A stretch of 64,000 nt of DNA from Lama guanicoe (lineage: Eukaryota), in NCBI GenBank assembly GCA_013239625.1, contig MU053652.1:5073902-5137901 (forward strand). The letters are read 5' to 3'. The number at the start of each line of letters is the position of its first letter. Position 1 is the stretch's first letter. This document shows, piece by piece, positions 1 to 11,950 of the stretch. A program made the position numbers and the translations under genes. The notes beneath the pieces are model-generated. The model made no database searches, had not been told where the DNA came from, and saw nothing but the letters and a program-made list of their open reading frames with translations.

Positions 1-734
1 GAGACATCCCCCCGGCCAAAGATGGCTCAGAACCCGACACTGGTGTATTGATTTGTTGCCCAGTAAGTAAAGAGAACGTTAAATTATATGCCATGACATT
101 ATGCTGCTTTAGACAAATTTATAAGTTCTGCTTTCTTGAGTGTATCAGTAATTCTACTCCAATTATACACGTCTGGCTTGAATGGATAATTCACAATCAG
201 CATACAAAATGGGACCTAATAGCTCTGGAAGTCTAACAGGAAATCATCTGTCTCGGTATCAGCTAGAAACACAAAGAGAACTAGTGCTGGGAATGAGATG
301 CTTCTCCAGACTCAAGGAGAACTTTAGGTTATGTGAAGAGTGAACCGTTTCCACCAGGCACGATCAGCTGTTCCTGCTACAAGCACAAGCAACACAGGTC
401 TCACGTACAGGATCTCTCAAAAGATTGCCATGTAGTTGGCATCTTCCCCGCCCAGCCATTTCCACAGCAACCAGGTTACACAAAGCTCTTTCCCATTATA
501 AGATACCTTTGAAACCATGGGGTACTGTATTCTGCCAGCATGGAGAAAAGGTGTTTTATGCTCATGCATACATGGGATTCTTAAAAAGAAGAGTTCGGTC
601 ACAGTAAGCTGTAAATTATCATATTTCTGCCTGTCTTCCCCATCCCTTGGCCCCAAACCCAAGATTGAAAGTAATACTCTATATATTAACTTAGGATCAG
701 ATAACTGACTATATTCCCTAGATTACTTATAAGT

Positions 735-1640
735 ACGTGCAATTTTGAAACAAACTTACAGAAAAGTAGCACATACAGTAAACAAAGAACATGCTGTCCT
801 TCAATCCACCTGAGAACAAAAATCTGACCTGTTGTACCATTATCCTGAAACCTTTCAGCTTTCGTATGTTTCCTACAAACTGGCATATTTCCCTACATAA
901 TCAGGAAACAGTGGCTTGAATCAGGATATCAATATGGATGCATTGCTGCCATCTACTCCATAACCTTGTGCAGATTTTACCAACTGTTCCAACAGAGAAC
1001 TCAGGGGAACACAGAACTAGTTCAGAATCAGGTGCTGCACTGAGTTGTCCTGTCTCCTCAGCTGGAACAGTTTCGTCAGTCTTTCTTAGTCCACCACGGC
1101 CTCAGCACTGTTGAAGAGTACAGGCCAGTAATTTCGGTCTGTCTGATGTCTCTTTGTGATCACATCCGAGTTATAAATCTTTGGCAGGAATATCACAAAA
1201 GCAGTGCTGTACTCTTCCTGGGGCCTCCTATGAGATGACGCACAATTTACTGATAATGTTCACTTTGATCACCTGATTAGGAGTGTCTAGGAGGCTTCTT
1301 CACTGTAAAGTTATGCTTTTCCTCTTTATAACAGATATTAAGAGAGACTCTGAACTAAGTAATTTTCACCAAACTCCCAAGTTATTCATTATGTGTATCA
1401 GTATACTGTCATGAAATATTTTATTGAAAGGGCCACATAATCCACTGCCACCAGTATTCATTCCAATGCTGAAGTTTTTCCCAATTTGGCCAGTGGGAGC
1501 CAGGTCAGGCTGGCTCCTGTGTCCTATGGACATGTCCCCTGTCATTCTTTGAGCTCCTTGCTTTCTGGCACATGTTCCAGGCTCATCTTGCACTGTTTCC
1601 TGCAGCTCTGAAATTCACCATTTACCTAAGCAGTCCATAC
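735..1640 (-). mobile_element. Old L1 3' region (L1MC4/L1MC5-like), antisense
   Basis: Diagnostic stretches such as aacttacagaaaagt, ctggaacagtttc.tcagtctttc, ttgaagagtacaggccagt and tttggcaggaatatcaca. Confidence 0.7.
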
Positions 1641-1695
1641 TTACATTTTTTTCTCTAAATGTTGATTTCTCTACCTATAACTACTGAAAACCATG

Positions 1696-2104
1696 TGTGG
1701 CAGTCATGAAAACGTGCCTCTCGGACCTCTGACTACAGGAAGCATAACTGGCTAACAGCCCCAGCTGCTGTGCTCTGAAACCCATCACTGTTTCAGCCAA
1801 GGCTATGCCTCCCACCAGCGGCTTCTAGCCAATGACTGCGTGCAGTGGAGATACCAAGGCAGAGAGACCTGGGGCTGCTCTGATGGGCAGTGTTGGCTTC
1901 AGGATCCCTTAGATTTGCTGAAACTCCTAAAACTGACCACAGCTTAGGCTTTTCAACCTTCCATCCCTCCCTTCTCCACAGAGGTTAGGTACTCACAGCC
2001 TCCGCCAGCTCCCTTCCCATCTTCCCTCAGAGTTTTCCCCAATCAGCTTCTTGTCTGTTTAATCCTGTCTTGGCATCAGCTTTTAGGAGAATCCGAATCA
2101 ATGA
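1696..2104 (+). mobile_element. ERVL solo LTR, LTR16C-like
   Basis: Begins TGTGGCAGTCATGAAAACGTGCCTCTCGGACCTCTGACTACAGGAAGCATAACTGGCTAACAGCCCCAGCTGCTGTGCTCTGAAA, matching the LTR16C consensus 5' end as recalled. The 3' end reads tcctgtcttggcatcagctt. Confidence 0.8.
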
Positions 2105-5100
2105 GTTCACAAAGGTTCCTACAACCCTCTTCCAGCACTCCAGGGTTCAGTGTAGTTTTCTTCCTTTCCGTAGCTGTACCTCCCCCATTCTGACAGTGCG
2201 AAGCTTGGCCTCCATTATACTTACTACTTTTACTTATATGAATATCTTCTCTAAGCACACATACAGTGTCTCACTTACATATTCATTGACTTCCATGATT
2301 TGATCCTACTGCAGAGCTAATTTAAAGGGTATACACTACTTGTTAAAACCTGGGGTAAATGGATAAATATGTTTCAAGAGTGGACATAGAGCATAACAGC
2401 ATCTCTCTCACACACACACGACACACACACTGCCCATCCTCCATCTGAATAAGGATAACATAACCCTCAATGGCTCTGGCTCATAGATCTCTATCTAGCT
2501 ATTTGAGCTCAACATCTTCCACTTAAAAGCCATCAACATTTTATCAGTCACTGAAGTGTCCATGGAGATTACAAAGCAGAATACTTCCTTAAGGCAAACA
2601 AACATGGAAACACACATTCAGAATAAAGTAAGTCCATAAAGAAATGCCATTATGGACCAACAAACAAACAAATGCCTTTACACTATATTTTAGTCAAGGC
2701 TAAAAGAAACAGAAGATGATTAATACCTTAATTCCTTTATAACAGTCACATCGGCTATAGCAGAGGCCTGTCTCTCACATGTGTGCACACATAATTTCGT
2801 TACCAGAACTTCAAGGCCCTGTGGGTCAGGTTTCATAAACTGAGCATAAAATGCACCCCATGGCTGTTTACTGTCAGAGAATGTGACCCAACAAGACATC
2901 AGGTGTGTAGCCTGGGCCTCTGCCACCCAGGACCCGCAATGATTCCAGCACCATATGCTGGAAGACTGCCTCCACTTCCCCTGCATGCTGGCTGTACCTT
3001 GGCTACAAGGACAGGCTTTCTCACAAGGGCTGAGATGGAGAGCCCCAGACGCCAGGGTTCCAACACCGATTTCTAGCATACCAAATGCTCACCTCATCTT
3101 TCCTTGGCTGTACAGGAATGTTCTACCGTGGGGCTGAACCACAGGGAACTGACAAGGGGCTGACGTCCTTCTCTGCCAACAGGTTAGAGACAAGGAAGGA
3201 GAGAGAGGTCACCACAAGATTCAATGAGGCTGAAAGCAAAGAGGACCGGAAAACTATATTCTCAGAATGTGAGGTCCACCTTCACTCACATATCTGGATA
3301 ATATGGGCTCTTGGTCTGAGAGAGAGTGAAGAAATGAAGAAAATGATTAACAGCTAACAGGTCCCGAAGCCAGGTTCCCCTCCGATCTTCTCTACAAGCT
3401 CCCACTAAGACCTCTAATAACCATGTCAGGCAAGTACCTGCCAATTTCAGGCTGGAGATAGACTTGACTTTTACAGGCTGACAAAACAAGACTATAAAGG
3501 GTGCGAGTGAAGTTCTAAAGGAGAGGGATCTACAGACCATGGGCAATGAACAAACATCTTTACTGAGTGACTGGTTTTCAACCAGGCCTCAAATTAGGAA
3601 ACAGTCTACAGAGCCAGAGGTAGCCTCTATAAGCCAGCATAACGATGTCTCCAAGGGGTCACACCCACCCAGTGTCTTTTATCCTCCAAACTCAGATTGA
3701 ATCCCTGTGAATCTGGAACAATGAGTTTCCCAATTTTTTCTCAAAATGCATCCAGGAGGCGCTTCCCACATAACCAAGCAGCATATGCAGACAGGAGATT
3801 CTGTTTTAGAAGCATCAATAATTAGAACCATCTGAGGTGGCACAGCATCCTTTATAGATTTCCCAAATCTCTCTTCCACTGTCTTCCCTACATTTTCTCT
3901 CACCCATTAAACTAATGTAATTCTAAAAATAACTAAGATAGATTTTTATTTTATCTTTTTAACAAGTACTGTCACCAGAGGATCTGGGCAGGGGCTAGAG
4001 ACTTTCCCAGAACTCGTAACACAGATCAAAAACTAAGAGAAAGATTCCAATGCCTCCATGTCCTTAGTCAGGCTTGAGAAACTACAGTGAAATGAAGGAG
4101 GAAAAAAAAATAGCAATTACCAAGAGCTGCACTGGGCACCTGGAGTCTTAGGGCAGGACATACTCACTCTAGACTTAGAGCCGAAGGTGACTGCTTTTTG
4201 TCAACCCACCACCCCACCAGCAGCTGTGGTTATACGGAACACAAAACCTAGCATGACTCATGAAGAAGCATGACCCCAGAAAGCCAGACTCAAGAACATG
4301 CAAGTACAGAATAGACTGACCTGAATAGCCTTAGAAGCTGATTAATGAAGCAAAAGAAAAGCACTCTTCCAAATAAAACACTACAGTAAGTTTTAGTTCA
4401 TATTTAATGAGCATTCATTTTATATGCAGGTTCTAAACATAACTGGTCTACCAATGAGAGCATTTCCCAGAGACTGGAGTTGAGATTGTGAAAATCAGTA
4501 ACTCTTAGGAACAAGGACTGTGTCTTTGTTTTTCCATGAATCCTAATCATTCTTCCTCATGGGGAGGGAGATGTGGAAAGAAAACAATGAAGACTGATAC
4601 GGATTTAGTCCAATTTGAAGACCCCAAAAGGATGTATGATTAGAATGAAACCAAAGCAAATCCATAAACCAGTCTGGCAGAAATGAAGAAAGGAAAGAAA
4701 GAATGAAAGAAAGGAGGGAGAGAGGGGAGAAAGAGGAGAAAGGGAAAAGGAAAAAAAAATCATTCCATGTAAAAATTACTGCTTTGCAGACAGATAAATC
4801 CTTGAATCCCCAACACACCATCCATCTAAACTTCCGTATTCCTAACAGACTTACTCCTGAGCACGGACAAAAGCCTCTCCAGCTTCAAGGCCATGATCCA
4901 CTGAGCACCAACAGCACTCTTCACTTTGGGAAGAAAGAAATAAAAGCAAAGATATCTAGGGATCAGGGTGTAAAAAGTGGGTGATGAAGAGATGTCACTC
5001 CATCTTCAATCTGCCAAGAAGAGCTAATTCTCTACCCCGAGATGTGTCTGAGCCGCATCATCCCCACTCATCACCCTATTTCCACCCAGGCCCTACACGA

Positions 5101-5879
5101 GGGCACAGCGGCCCTTGCTCACCTGAAAAAACAACTAACAGACAGGAAAATAAGACAGAAATATACTTGGAAGCCATAGAATTAAACACCTAATTCACTT
5201 CCTCACTCGGGCTGGTGGAGAGAATAGGGTTGAAAATATGGGTCAAAACAATTTTCAAAGGGAAAGGGAAGAAGCAGAACACCAGAGAGTCATGCTTACT
5301 AAATAGACAATTTTATTCTGCCCCCAGGATTTCTGAAGGACTGTAATCTTATTGTCACCTCTTAGGTGATAGTTTCATTTATTCAGCAATATTGCGGCAA
5401 TGGCTTTATAAGACAGGAAGACTGGTATTATACTCTATTATGCCAGCTCCTCTCTGAGGATCGCTGCACCTCCAGGTCAGCAACATATCTGAGGAGGCTG
5501 GGCCACGATAGGCCTTGGCTGAAGTATGAGGTGCATACTATATGTAATAAGCAGCAATAAAACAATGCCGCCTTTAAATATCTAATTATTTTCCCCCATC
5601 TCTAGTCCTCAAAATAAGAAGAAAACAATGTCTGTTTCATAGACAGAAACTGCAGGGGCTAACCTGGCTCTCCCTTCTACTACAGGACAGAATGAGGGGT
5701 ACAGACCCAAAGTGATACTCCCTCTATTGGACCATCATGTTTCTTTCCCAGAACAATTCAGACAGTCAATCAAACACTGGATCTAGCTTGAAGAACGTAA
5801 GCTGTCTAATAAACATGCACTTCCAATCCAAACCGGTCCCCTCTTGTTGCTAAATATGCCACGCATTTACATTTCAAGC

Positions 5880-6290
5880 TATTTGCAGGACATGTGAATT
5901 TGCATGACTCATCACCATGTAAAACTCAGCATTTCAAAAATAAAACTCACTTCCCTAGATTAAGCCCTTCTGAAACCTACCAAATCAGCTCATTCTCCTA
6001 ACATCTCTAATTGTGGGGCCTTCATATTCCCAGTCACCTAGACCTGACGTCTCTCTCACTCCCATATAAAATCAGTTGTCCAGACTTTGAACTCAAATCT
6101 CCAGTGTTTCTCCCATGACCATCTTCGATTCTATTGTCTCTCTAACCCAGCTGTGGCTCCCACTGCTTCTCCCCTGGACCACAGCCTCCCTCTACCTTGG
6201 CTCCTTGCAAAGCTGACCAATCTCGAGCACTGTCAGTTTAACCTCCTGAATTTCATTCTCAAGCCCACCATAAGCACAGAAAACTAGTAT
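5880..6290 (+). mobile_element. L2 LINE fragment
   Basis: C-rich L2-like motifs (cccagtcacctagacc, ctcactcccatataaaatcagttgtccag). Confidence 0.55.
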
Positions 6291-8379
6291 GAAATTTTCC
6301 AATAATATTTTCAGATTTAATGAACATCTACTGGGTGTCTACTATAGGACAGGCTTCTAAACACGTATTAACCTAATCCTTCTGTAGCAATACAGAGGTT
6401 ATAAGTATGTATTTCTTCAAAGTATATATTTCTTCTCCAGTTTCAGGCTTGTTACCAGTAATCCTGCTAGTAAGTAGCAGAGTCACAATTAGAGCCAGAC
6501 TTTTCAAAATTTAAAATCCAGTTTTCTTTTGACAACAGTGCCACAAAGTACAGGTGACAGACTATTATAAAGTAGCATTCGACAATGGGGCCCCTCCATC
6601 TACCTCTCTAACCCTATTCTATCAAATGCTTTTCAACCTCCTGTTTCAGCTCAACCGGTTAAGCCTCACAGTCTCCCCATCTCAGCTCCTTTGGCTGGGC
6701 CATTCATTTGGCGCTTAGCTTTTACTGCTGCATGTTATCATCTTCCTTTGTAAATCGTATTTCCTATTGGTCCAAAAAAGAGCCAAACACTTAGTAGGCA
6801 CTCAATAAACATTTATTGGCTAGATGATTTCATTCTGAGTTCCCAGAGGGTTCTGTGGGCAGTTCCATGAAAACAAAATAACTGAGTCATAGAATTTGAA
6901 GCAAAAAGAGTCCACAGAGATAAACTAATCCAAAACCCTCCATAGACAGATGAAGACAGACAGAGAGAGAAACCCTGAAAATTGTTAAATGAGTCGTCTA
7001 AAAAAAAGAAAACAAAACACAGAGTGCCACCGTCGCAATGGGTATCAAAGAGCCTTCTGATTCTCAGTCTATTTCCCTTTATTACGCTGCTTTTAAAATT
7101 CTATAAAATAGTAATAAATATATTGTGCACATGAACTATCAAAGACATCTTAATATATTAAAAATTTATCAGCACATCAAGAATATCCACCCACATCATA
7201 TTATTAATTTGATCACTAACAATCCTACTAAAATATATATTAAACATTTAATTATAATAATTTGCTTGCCTTCTGGGGATTCTGAAGACTTTTTTTCCTT
7301 CTCTGTATTCCAAAACAAGGTTTAAATGCTGATTGTAGGCGTAAGTATGCTTTCTTCATCCCTTATTTTCTCTGCTCCTCTTCCTTTGAGACTAACATTT
7401 TACAAAACAGTGGCGTGAGGCAAAAACCTCCTTAAAGTTCTCTCCCTCAGTAACAGTGGAGTGTATGGACTGATGGTTTGCATAGCCACTCAGGGGGCTC
7501 TTGCACTACCGCCGTCCTGACTCCTGAATCAAGTCACTGATCTACAAGAGCTCCTGCTACACGAGACTGTAGTCATTCCACACTTTCAGGCATAATATAG
7601 TCTTTACACCTGTTTGAAAGCCAAATAGTCATGTTAAATGATGAATTTAAGCAACAACTGCCTTCCCCCTTTCCAAGTGAAGAATAAAAGCCAATTTAGG
7701 AATATCTATGAACATACTAAAATGTGGAATATATGGAAGGTGAACACCTAAAAGTCAAGAAGATACATATTTATGTTTTTACAAACTACTACTGTATTCA
7801 GGTAGCGGGATTATAGGTGATTATAAGAATGAATGAATGAGGTGAATGTGATGTATGACTACTGTTACTAAAAGATACTCTCTTAGTTTCTAAACAAAAA
7901 TGAAATAATTCATTTTCTTAATGGAAAAAACAAATCAGAGGCCCTAAACTGCTTAAAACAATTTCCTAACATTAGGAAACAAAAACACGTTCAACTTTAG
8001 TTTCTTTCATTTGCTTTCCAAAATGTACGAAGAAGAAACCAACTTTCTAAAAGAGACATTCATGGTGTGGTAGAGGTCATTTCTAAAAGGAAGGTCTAAT
8101 TATCGCATCTCATATCAACACTTTAACAAGGGAAAAAAATCTTCATCTAAGTTCAAAAAATGAGTGAAGAGACAGAGCAGCACAGTAAAAACAGATGAAT
8201 GTGGTAAAAGAAAAATGTTAAGAATAAATGTTTATCCAATTCTCTTCATCCGACAAAGAAGACAAGTTACACACAGCATTGATGTTTATTCTTCAATAGT
8301 GAAAGCCACTGAATGTTTCCCACTTCCTCCAGCCCTTTGTGGCCATAGAGAGCAATTATGAGCTTGTTTCATAAAGAAC

Positions 8380-8545
8380 TCGTGGCACAGAGCCGTGATT
8401 CAGGGCAGAGGATCTGGGTTCTTACCCTCGTTCTCTGGCCGTTTAAACTCTTATAAAGGAGTACTAAGCCTGCATCAGTTTCCATATCTATAAAATGAGA
8501 CGGTAAATCTAAATGCTCTACAAAGTACGTTTCAGTGCAGAAATA
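8380..8545 (+). mobile_element. MIR SINE fragment
   Basis: Core-like gatctgggttct...cagtttccatatctataaaatgag. Confidence 0.6.
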
Positions 8546-9699
8546 TTCTAATGTAATTTTTAAAGTGAGCTAGGATTTACTGATCAATAATAGTCTTACA
8601 TATCTTTACACTGTACGAGGCCAACTAGATTATGCATCATAATCTAGTATTAAACACACCTCAGCATTTAGACATACTTCTAGTTGTGGCTTGCGGAGCA
8701 CTGTGGCCACAGGCACAATTTCTTCCAATCCGTCCACCAGGGGCTGTAAGTGCCCTCGTCTCTCTGCACATACACCATAGTGGTAAAGTCCAGGCTGCTT
8801 GGCAAACTTACAAGAATTCAACAACTCTAATGCCCACAGCTTTAAGATATACTGTATTACCCAAATGCTCTGGAATATGAAAAAGAGGAGGGAGTGATGA
8901 GCATATAAGAAATACCCATTTTCTACCACAGAAATGAAAGTCCGGCAAATTCTTCACTGTCTAGTTGCTTCTACTTTGGCTAAGAACTTTTATCAACAGC
9001 AAGAAACCGACTGACCTCATTAGTAGAAATGTGTTCAAAGTACTGGATTCAAAAGAACTGATTCAAAAGTAGAATCAACATTTAACAACCATTTATCATA
9101 TTTCTTCTAACTCTCAGGCTCACTAGATTATATAGAGCTGGAAGTTTACTTCTGCATCTTATCACTGAAAACAGGGGGAAAAAATCAAAGAATCACCTTC
9201 ACATTTACATAGTCTGCCAAGTACTACTTTGGCCTATCAAGTTTATACTTGAGAAGTATAAGTAGCAGCATTATGCCAACAAAACAACTATGAGATGTTT
9301 CAGGAGTCCTTCTGAGCTTGACAATACACAAAGGACTAAAGGTTATTACACAGTAAGTATTAATAAAAGAAGTGGAAAAAAATCACAAAGACTTCATTCA
9401 TTATAATCACAGAGTTTAGAGCTGGAAAGATCTTGGTGTTTTACTCCAATTCTCTCATCTGACAGGGAGCTAATCTGAGACTCAGAAACATGAAATATCA
9501 TTCAGTGACCAAATGGAACTAGAACTCAGGTCTCAAGTTAGAAAACAGACATTCTTCCACCAAGTCAGCCTGCCTCCAGTTTCCATATACAGACTTGAAA
9601 AGCTATTGATACAAGCAACAACTCAGTGGACCTCAAAATTAGAGAGATGGATGACAGATAAGTGGTTGTCATGGATGACGGGAGGGACAAGGCTTAGGG

Positions 9700-10020
9700 A
9701 GGGTAGCAAAGAGGAGGTCTGTGATGACTGAACAGTTGTCAGTCTTGATTGTAGTGGTGGTAACAGGAATCTACACCTGCGGTTGTCAGTCTTGATTGTA
9801 GTGGTGGTAACAGGAATCTACACCTGCGATAAAATGGCATAGACCTATACACACACCGTGCCAATGCCAAATCCTGCTTTTGGTATTGTACTATAATTAT
9901 GTAACATACAACCACTGGGGGAACTGGGCAAAGGGTATATGGGATGAACCTCTCTGTACTACTCCTGGAACTTGTTTGAATCTATAATTACTCCAAAATC
10001 AAGTTTTAAAAAGTTTTTAA
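9700..10020 (+). mobile_element. L1 3' end (L1MC/L1MD-like) with an internal tandem duplication
   Basis: tcttgattgtagtggtgg...gataaaatggcatag...tattgtactataattatgtaa...gggggaactgggcaaagggtatatgggat...gaatctataatta. Confidence 0.75.
9735..9828 (+). repeat. Perfect 47-bp tandem duplication
   Basis: gttgtcagtcttgattgtagtggtggtaacaggaatctacacctgcg at 9735-9781 and 9782-9828, identical copies. Confidence 0.97.
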
Positions 10021-10399
10021 GAAAAGTCAATATAAGAGAGAAGGAAGGCACCAGAGATTCTAAATTTCATTGTCAACCGGAATAATAATTCTTGGTTAGA
10101 ATAATCCTTTGAAGATTCAAGTCCACAGACCTTGTCACCACTCCTCTGCTCAAAACCCTGCAGTATCACCTATCTCGTTGAAAGTAAACGCCAAATACTT
10201 GCAATGACCCAATAGAAACTATATGATCTGGTGCACCCCACCTCCCGCCCCCCTCCTGGATTCTGTACTGGGAATTGAAAGAAGTATTCGTGACCTAGAA
10301 TTCTAAGTGCTGAAAACCTTGTAATTAAGTAAGCACAGGGTCCTGAGGAAGGACACACATAGATGCCCAACTGGGATCTCAGTTTGGCTGGGTCCCAAA

Positions 10400-11950
10400 A
10401 GATAAAGTTAAAAAGTCAAGAGCTGAAGGGTGAGTGGGAGCTGGCTGGGAGAAATCTATGTTCCAAGCACAGGGCAAACAGACTTCAATGATGGTGTAGT
10501 TAAGTTTTTTTTTTTTATTTAAAGAAACAGATGAGAGCCAGAGAATGTTAAATATAAACATGGGGAGGTAAGCAAAAGCCAGATCATGGGTTTGTTTTAA
10601 TCCTAAAGGCAGTAGGTCGATTAATGAAGACTTTAAGGAGAACAAACAATCAGATTTGTTTCAGAAAGTAAATTGCAACAGCAGTGTGAAAAATGGATTG
10701 GAAAAGAGTAAGACTAGAAATAGGAAGGCCAGTAGGAGGACCGAAGCATAAACCAGGCAATGAGGAGAGGAAGGCTGAAATGAATCTGAGATATACGCAC
10801 AGATAATCAGGCACGGAGAGCAAGAGAGGTGATAAAGATGACACCTTGATCTGTGGAATAGAACACTAAGTAAAAGGTGGTGTTAATCAGGATGTGATCA
10901 TTTGAGTAACGGAACAGCTTCTCAAGGGGAGGCCATGAGCTCAGTTTTAGCACTGGGGATGTCCATCCATTCAGTTACTAAATATATTGGTGGAGAGGCT
11001 GGAAGGAGGAACTAGGGGTAGAGAGACAGACTTCTGGTTAGAACAGCAGCATCTACCTGACAACTGAAGCCTGGGGATGAATGAGATCACCCAGGGAGAC
11101 TGAGCGGAGGCAAGCGTAAGGAAGCCCAAGGACAGAAGCCCAGGAAGCACAAATATTTACAGAGCATCCAAGCAGACTGAGGACAAGTAATCAAAGCTGT
11201 AGAAGGAAATCCAGTCAAGTCTGGTGTACTGAAAATAAGGAGAAAACATTTTCAAAAAAGATGGTGATGTTCGAAATACTGCAGTGAGACCAAATTAAAG
11301 TAAGGACTATGAAGTGTCCTTGAGGGAAGCTTTGGTCTTCTAGGTGAGCTCAGTTTCACGGATGTGGTATGGCCAAAGCCAGGTGGCAAAGGAATGAATA
11401 GCATGTGGACAGAGAATGAAAACTGCTTTTAACGCTTAATTAACTTGGCTATGGAAAGAAGGCAAGAATCAGAAAAGTAGGTAAGGTAAGAGAGGACTGA
11501 AGGAAAACTTTTAAGGATTGTTTTAAAAGAGGGCTGGCTAACTGACAGCACAAAGTCCTCAGGAGACCAAAAGAAACAGAACTCAGAGCACGTAGGTAGA
11601 AAATCAGTTTGAAAGAAAGAGGGTGAAATCTTCAGAGATGGGGAAGGAGGAGACACGAAAGCAAGCAGGAGGAAGACAAGTCTGGGGCTGAGAGAATGAG
11701 GAATTAAAGGCATTTTTCTCGATAAGCCCCTATTTTCTCTATAAAGTGGGAGATGCGATTGTCTGCTGACAGTGAGGGGAGACAGAACGGAGTCGGGGGC
11801 TTGACTGAAGATGGTTGTGAAAATCTAAAATAGCTGTTTGTAGTGAAATAACAGCATGAAAACAGCATTTGTGGAAAATTGATCCAGCAGCATTATGCAG
11901 GAAGAAATGGAGAACAGAAAACCTGCTGTTAGAAAAAGGCACATCTAGAA
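10400..11950 (-). mobile_element. Long L2 LINE fragment, antisense
   Basis: Purine-rich antisense L2 motifs: gccagatcatggg, cagcagtgtgaaaaatggattgg, tgagctcagttttag, gaatgagatcacccagggag, cagtttcacgga. Confidence 0.7.

Noticed and set aside
8734-8746. CTCF-like CCACCAGGGGCT
   Set aside because: One G short, which breaks the spacing of the conserved GGC.
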